64,000 bases of DNA from the human T2T-CHM13v2.0 reference genome, Homo sapiens: the NCBI RefSeq assembly GCF_009914755.1, contig NC_060925.1; one strand, written 5' to 3'. Positions within the stretch are counted from its first letter, which is position 1. Every line of letters starts with the position of its first letter. Both the position numbers and the translations under genes were made by a program. The notes beneath the pieces are model-generated. The model was not told where the DNA came from and made no database searches. It saw nothing but the letters and a program-made list of their open reading frames with translations. Shown here piece by piece: positions 50,851 to 64,000 of this stretch.

Positions 50851-52379
50851 TGCAGACTTTCAAGGAGTAGGGTAATCCCCATGCTATATAAACAGTGTAA
50901 GAGCATAGATAACGACTGAAAGTATTCCCATTTTATTTCACATAGCTACTAATGTCCTTTAAAAAGTCCAGATGAGTATAGAGAAAATAAATCTTATGTA
51001 TTAATATATAGGTGCTAAATCCAAATTTAAAATAGCAAATTTAATGTGGTAGAAAATTACAAGACTAAAACACCATGAACATTTAGGGTGTATGTCAGGG
51101 AAGCAATAATATTTTACTATTTGAAAATATGCTACTATAGGTATATATCACTTCTCATCTAAGAGTTGAATGAAATGTCTGAGTTCTCATTTTGGTTCTG
51201 GGAAGGCTTCAGAAGGATTCTTCACAACAGGCTGTTATACTTCTGAACCAAGCAGTCTCTTGGAACCCACACTATACATCTAGAAATGTGTTCAAGCCTT
51301 CTCAGGCCTGCTGCGAATAGCCGCTTCTTCTGTCCACCCCAGGATGTGGTGGGGATCCTGATTTTGGCAGGCTGGACCTGCCAAAGATGGTGGTGGAGAC
51401 CCACTGGCCAACTCTATGACACACTTAGTCCTCATTTACCTAAAAGTGGGTAGAGCTCTGTGTGGCGAGACCAGGTTTTCAGATAAAGGTAATCTGGAAT
51501 GAGGATTTCAAGATGTTTTGAGGTGTATCTCCCTATAAAAGTTAAGGCTATAGCCATATGGAGGACACTATCATGAGGAGCCCTTCCTGAGGGAACTTCA
51601 GGGTTCAGGAACTTATAAAATTATCCAGATGAGGAGATTTTGTGGAAGCCTTGTGCTATGGCCATTCATTGCCCTGCGCCACCCCATCCCCTGACTGGAT
51701 GCCCATAACCTGACCATCTCTTTGAGGACCTACACTTTCCACTAGTGCTACTTTGGTCCTCTGTTAAGCTCTTTCTCACTCACTAACCGTTCTCTAGTGA
51801 TTTCAGATAAATAAACTGGGGGAGTCTTATCAGAGGAGGCTGAGAATCTGCTCTCACACCAGAGGTAAGGCTGTAACTGAGCCTATGCAAAGGCCTTCTT
51901 CTGCTAAGAAAATGCATATGCCTCTTCCCTAAGCCTGAGGCCTCTCAAGGGTATATCAAGCGAGTTTATGGTAAGGGGCTTAGCAGACCATACTGAGGTA
52001 CTCTTTAAAAAAATGGTTAGTTCCATCTTCATGAAGGTTATTTTTATTTCAAATTCATCACCATCCTGGACTGCTACCATCTTCTCCTGATCTAGACAAA
52101 CCTCTATGGTACATGAATCTTTATGACATCAGACTTTGGGATTTCTATGGCCTCATCCACATCCCACAAGGTGAAAAGAAGATGGTTTTCCAGAGAAGCC
52201 TTGTCTAATGCAGCTCTATGGTAATGCTGTGTGGCTTGTGCCACATTCTAGCATTTGACCTACTAGACTGATATTTGGATGACATTAGTGAGAGTTTCCC
52301 ACAAGCTAATGTTTCTTGGGCTTCTTTCCAGCCAAGGAGATTTGCATGATGCTGGACAGGGTTCAGAACTGAGGATCTT

Positions 52380-52690
52380 GGCCAGGTGCAGTGGTTCATG
52401 CCTGTAATCCCAGCATTTTGGGAGGCTGAGGCAAGCAGATCACCTGAGGTCGGGAGTTTGAGACCAGCCTGGCCAACATGGTGAAACTGTGTCTGTACTA
52501 AAAATACAAAAATTAGCCAGGTGTGGTAGTGGGTGCCTCCAAGCTACTCAGGAGGTTGAGGCAGGAGAATCCCTTGAACCCGGGAGGTAGAGGTTGTGCC
52601 TAGCCGAGATTGCTCCACTGCATTCCAGCCTGGGCAACAGAGCGAAACTCCATCTCAAAAAAAAAAAAAGAAAAAAGAAAAACAGAAAAA
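52380..52690 (+). mobile_element. AluS inserted in the Gypsy RT region
   Basis: Imperfect TSD aactgaggatct / aattgaagatct. Confidence 0.93.
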
Positions 52691-53459
52691 AATTGAAGAT
52701 CTCCTAGGTAACCATCTTTTGGAGTTTGATCACCCCTACTGATATAAATTCTTACTCCACTTTCCATAACAGTCTAGGTAAATTGCTTCTTCAGAAACAG
52801 ATAGGGATTATCTAGTTCCCCAAGAGTACTAAGGCAGTCCAGGGGCTAATTATTTACCATCCACCTGATCCTGGCACAGCTTGATCCAGTCTGACCTCAT
52901 ACAGCGGGAGGCCATTTTTTAGGAGGACTCAGTTCTGAGAATCCTTGCTCCTGTGCCTATTTCAGACAGAAACTGATGTCATTGTATAGCAACCACTCCA
53001 CTTGGAGATGAGAATTCCTTGTTATAAGGCTTCATGTGAGACTTGGAGGCACTATATCAGAGTCCTGGCATCCAGTAAGAGTATACAAGAACTACTGCAG
53101 CCTAGAACAGCTACTGAAAGCCTGGAAACTTAGCCAGGCCAGATAAGCTAGATGGATTTTTTTTTTCAAGTGCTTTAGGTTGACTATCTCTACTGTTCCA
53201 AGGACCTAGAATTAGAGTCACTGATACACTGAAGAATAGTCATAATCTGAGCAAATGGCAGATTACTGGGAAGGGCCTCTGAGATATCCTTCAGCAGGCC
53301 AAGACTGACAAAAAAGACACACATTGACCAGCACCTGACAGTGCTGAGAATATATGGGAGGGAAATATACCAAATAAATACCTACCATAATGGAAATGAG
53401 GACCTCTAGCTGGCGCTCTTCAAACTTGACTTCCAGCTACAATTAACTTCCTCTATGCC

Positions 53460-53753
53460 GGCTGTGCACAGTAGCTCACACCTGTAATCCCAGACTTTGC
53501 GAGGCTGAGGCAAGTGGATCACTTGAGGTCAGCAGTTCGAGACCAGCCTGGCCAACATAGTGAAGCCCCGTTTCTACTGAAAATTCAAAAATTAGCCGGG
53601 CATGGTGGCATGCCTGTAGTCTCAGCTACTCAGGAGGCTAAGGTAGGAGGATCATTTGAGCCTAGGAGGCGGAGGTTGCAGTGAGCCGAGATTGCACCAC
53701 TGCACTCTAGCCTGGGCGACAGAGTAAGACTCTGTGTCAAAAAAACAAAACAA
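53460..53753 (+). mobile_element. AluS inserted in the Gypsy fossil
   Basis: TSD AACTTCCTCTATGCC. Confidence 0.93.
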
Positions 53754-54537
53754 AACTTCCTCTATGCCATTTGGTCTCATCTCTGCCCTGTGTAGTCTGC
53801 CATCCACCTTGGACCACAATAGGCTTTCTTTATGTCACCAGAGATAGCACTGCCGGTTCCAGGATTTGGTCCTCCAAAAGGACTATGACTGAAGATGGTG
53901 GTAGTAGGAATCTTACTCTCAAGATGTTTTAGCAGGTAAATTCAAGCCCCAGCTTTCCTTCCTTATGGGGGGATCTGTGGATCATGGATTCTTAATAGCT
54001 CCATTTATAGCCAGTGTCTTACTGCTGGTACCCTATAAAAGACTCTCCTGTGGCCTTCTGTTTCTCCTGCTACAATAGGCTTAACATTTAGGACTATCAC
54101 TTGCTTCTTAAATACTCCTTCACTCCAAACATGAATTTTAGTCCTTTTACTTCACACCAGAAGTCTTTATTAGAATCAATTAAGAATATTCATGGAAAGA
54201 GATTCATGGGTATTAATTAGCAACCAAGCTATCCTGGTCTATAGCTGATAAAAAGGTATTATTGAAGGTTTTGAAGGAAAACTTGCTGAACTCTATAGAT
54301 TATTGTAAAACGTTTACAGTAAAACTGTAAAAGACTCCTAATAATTTTTTTCCTCATCAGAAGTCTTATGACAGTATCTCTAATGTCTCAGACATTTATA
54401 AGAAAATGACCAGGATCTGTTTCATAGCGTGCAAATTCAACTACAGACTAGTTTTGAAATTTTTTTGTTCTAGGTACAATAAAAAAAGGTTAAAAAATGT
54501 ATTAGTCAAGCTTTATATCTGGAAGGATACTTAGGGG

Positions 54538-54751
54538 CAGTGGTGTGATAGAAACTCACACTGGCTCACAAGAACCAATTATATACAAGCCTTCTCAAGT
54601 CCACATTCTGTGATAACATACTGAATTGATGAATATCACTGAAATTGCCTGGTGAGAGTGTTTTTACCATGGAAATCAGAAATTGCTACAAATCAGGGCT
54701 TCCCCCAACTCCCTCAGAAATGGTTGTTAAACATTTACCAGGTCACCACTG
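54538..54751. mobile_element. MER63-like hAT-Blackjack element
   Basis: TIRs CAGTGGTG ... CACCACTG; internal gctacaaatcagggc and gttgttaaacatttacca. Confidence 0.7.
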
Positions 54752-55039
54752 CATATGGATCACTTAGAGTAAACAAACAGCTTCATTAAAAAAAAAAGAT
54801 AAGGACTATTAGGCATTTACTCAAGAACTCTCAACTAATTAGGTGAAGTTAGGACTAAAACCCAACACCTTCATCTGCCTTGTCCACTCTTCTTCCTGAT
54901 ATGCAATAAGATACCATTCTAACCCTCTGAATCCAGAATTTAACCATCAGTGACATTAACAAAGCTGTAGTAAACTTACTTTACCACTATAGGCTTCAGT
55001 TTCTTTATCTACAACATATGGATTTAGATTTGATTTCTA

Positions 55040-55357
<318 letters not shown>

Positions 55358-55730
55358 CTAATAATGAAAGAAATATAAGGTATATTACTGCTCATTGTGG
55401 TTGATTTCAGGAGCCTACAGTGGGTCATTTCACCACATGCTGCCGTTTTTTGGCTAGAGTGACCAGATCTCTGTTCCCAGAGAGGACAACGTTTCCTAGT
55501 TCTCAGGGCTTTTATTAACTAATAAGGAATAATGTACCTTTTAAACGTTGAAACCAGCTCTTAACTGTTAGGAGATCTTGGTAAATACAGTTTAACTATT
55601 TACCTTAGGGGATTAAAACCTGCTATAGACCTTTCCCATATCTCAATAGATAAAAGGTGAGCACCTTTTCCAAAAGTGTCTCAAATCTTGATCCATTCAC
55701 TTTATTAGCAGTAGAGGGATTTTTTTTTTT

Positions 55731-55960
55731 AGTGGTTAAGCACAGACCACATAGATTAGAATCCAAGCATCATACTTAACTATTTTTGTGAACTTGAGCA
55801 AGACATTTAACTACTCAATTTCTCAGTTTCCTCATCTTAAAAAATGAGGATAATAATAGTTAATGTCTCATACTGAGGATCAAATGAGTTAATATATGCA
55901 TAATGCTTAGAACAGAGTCTGGCATATAATTAAGTACAAGGTAGGTGTTTGCTACTTCTG
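55731..55960 (+). mobile_element. MIR
   Basis: Core tcagtttcctcatcttaaaaaatgaggataataata ... aatgcttagaacagagtctggcata. Confidence 0.85.
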
Positions 55961-56301
55961 TTGTTATTATGCAATCACAGTTGACCTGGTCAGTTGCATA
56001 AAATTTATTAGGAGGCCATTTAGACATTAGTAAATAAAACAATCTTTTTGTATCTGTTTTTACGGCACTTCACTACTCCCTGTCCCATTACAACCCAGAT
56101 CCCACACCGTGTCAATAAGAGATAATATGATTTAGGTGTATGTTAATAGCCAGTCACCACTGCACAACTCTTTGAACTGAACTGATATAAAGTTAATTGA
56201 ATATAGTTATGTTTAGAGGAATTGTATTTATCAGTTCCTCAATAGCGGTGAGTGAATAAATGAGCTGGTTTTTCTGCTTGTAATCTTTTATCTCTTCTCA
56301 G

Positions 56302-56409
56302 AAAGAATGTTATGAATGGATCAACACATGCTCTTGCCTCCTTTCTAATATCAAAGGCAGAAAAATTACATTATTGACATATGAAGAAATAGAGCGGCTA
56401 CTTGAAGAG
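56302..56409 (+). CDS. AXDND1: AXDND1 internal coding exon (108 nt, phase 0 to 0)
   Basis: Acceptor tctcttctcag, donor GTATTT. Reads [36 protein letters not shown]. Confidence 0.88.
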
Positions 56410-56799
56410 GTATTTGCCACATGTTAGCGTTGGTCATTATTCAGATTATTCCTGTATTTCAGTACAGAAGGTTCACAGCTTTTTCCAATCAATGTTCTGA
56501 ATCCTTGTTCATTTACCCTAACATATGAGAATTTTGGTTCTGATCAAGATCTTTCACAGCTCTTCTTCCCTCTAAGGAATAGAATCATCCACTCAGCATT
56601 TTGCGTCATGTTTTTAGCAGGTGATTTTATAAAGGAAAGAATGGGTTTCAGGTAGAAGCTCCCTGCCACTTCCTGAGGCATATCCTCAGGTTCATCTGCT
56701 TCTGTGCTCACCCTTTTCCCTCCCCTCCAGTCTCAGTCTTTCCATTTAAGGTTATTTCTTCCTTGGAGCACTTAATCCCATGTCCAATGTCTTCTCTGT

Positions 56800-57260
56800 T
56801 TTGCCTCTTTAATATCTTCTCTAATTGTTCCATTTTATCAATCTAAAAGCAATCTAAAACATGGTCATTTCTCCCATCCTAAAAAGGATGTCCCTTGACC
56901 TTGTCTGTCTGCTACTTCTTTCTCTCTTTCCATTCCATCATAATCAATTTGTTTAAAACTCTAGAACTACTATAAGGTCACCAGTGATTCCTTATTGCCA
57001 AATCCAAGTATCTTCAATTTTGTATTTAACCTGGCTTCTGTGTAGCATTTGGCTCTCTTAACCATTCACTCCTTTTACAATGTCCTGGTTTTTCTCCTAC
57101 TTCTTTATTTCACCCTTGTTTTAGAGTTTCACCCTTTTCTGCCTCTTAAATGTTGATATTCTGTCCTTGGCTTGCTTTCACTTCTCATTTGTACACACTA
57201 CCTATTACTGTGTTTCCTGTGGTTTTCATTGCCACCTGCTTACCGAGAATCTCAAATCAG
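56800..57260 (+). mobile_element. L2 fragment
   Basis: aaggtcaccagtgattccttattgccaaatccaag ... tgtagcatttgg. Confidence 0.6.
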
Positions 57261-57749
57261 TGACTATCATGTGCCATCACAAACTCAACTCTTGTTTGTA
57301 TTTCAGCCTCTTTGAAGGTGTTCTCCTCCAGTAAATTCTGAAGAAGCTCCCATTGTTATCAGAGTCATACTATACAGGTATGATCTGATGGCCTATATGT
57401 CAGTGTCTTGGGTCTGAGAAAGAAGGGGAAGGTTCTATCTACACATTTATGAAACTTTTTTTTTTACATTTAAACACTGAAGAAATATCATCTTTCTAAA
57501 TTATTCACCTTTAACAAATGTGCTGTCTAGATCTTGGCAAGAATTATTGTGAAATAACCACTGAATGATTTTATCAACATTATAAATTGTAAATTATAGT
57601 ATACTTTGAGAAACTTAATGAAATAGCACAGACATGATCTTGGTGTATCAGATCTAGGAAAAAATCAAGGAACTATACAGAATCAGAGACGTGAGAGCAG
57701 AAGGGAATTTAAAGGCAATTGAATTTAACCTTGCATGAATCTGACAAGT

Positions 57750-64000
<6,251 letters not shown>

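Larger units (their letters stand above)
51250..54050 (+). mobile_element. Decayed Ty3/Gypsy (Sushi/PEG10/RTL1-like) gag-pol fossil
   Basis: Colinear motifs by manual translation: IP*LDAHNLTISL (51686), GVLSEEAENLLSHQR*GC (51821), GYIKRVYGKGLSRP (to 51990), ITILDCYHLLLI, LYGT*IFMTSD, FYGLIHIPQGEKKMVF, VMLCGLCHILAF (52221), YLDDI (52272-52286), FLGFF...MMLDRVQ (52313), CAYFRQKL (52952), EFLVI/KASCETWRHYI, HPVRVYKNYCSLEQL..LSQAR*ARWIFFF (to about 53200). Confidence 0.8.

Noticed and set aside
52021-52260. Protein kinase pseudogene (a DFG-like triplet, TSDFG)
   Set aside because: The surrounding motifs match reverse transcriptase (IF..LD, VMPFGL, YLDD), not kinase subdomains.

Overview
This is primate (human or great-ape) genomic DNA, mostly intronic and very repeat-rich. 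Five coding exons on the + strand (15461-15659, 30150-30243, 38541-38740, 39858-39954, 56302-56409) splice in phase into one open frame (GYSKILPSL...DVDSVS|VLQAYIF...LQHH|MDELH...YLS|SCCKG...DKLK|KECYE...RLLEE). From memory this is the C-terminal half of AXDND1. The introns hold an antisense processed pseudogene of the long exon-7B isoform of HNRNPA1, a full-length antisense L1PA5-like element, a near full-length L1PB1-like element, three THE1 (MaLR) elements, old L1M/L2/MIR/DNA-transposon fragments and about 30 Alus. The most unexpected signal is missed by the ORF track: a roughly 2.8 kb, heavily decayed Ty3/Gypsy gag-pol fossil (Sushi/PEG10/RTL1-like) at about 51250-54050. Its protease, RT (YLDDI), RNase H and probable integrase motifs read in colinear order across stops and frameshifts. 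Also notable are a 359-bp L1-mediated orphan insertion carrying a Tigger3 fragment inside a perfect 19-bp TSD, an L1 ORF0 splice donor in phase with an AXDND1 exon, and a stop-free 297-nt two-exon unit between inverted Alus. Repeat subfamily names come from recalled consensus features, not from a database search.
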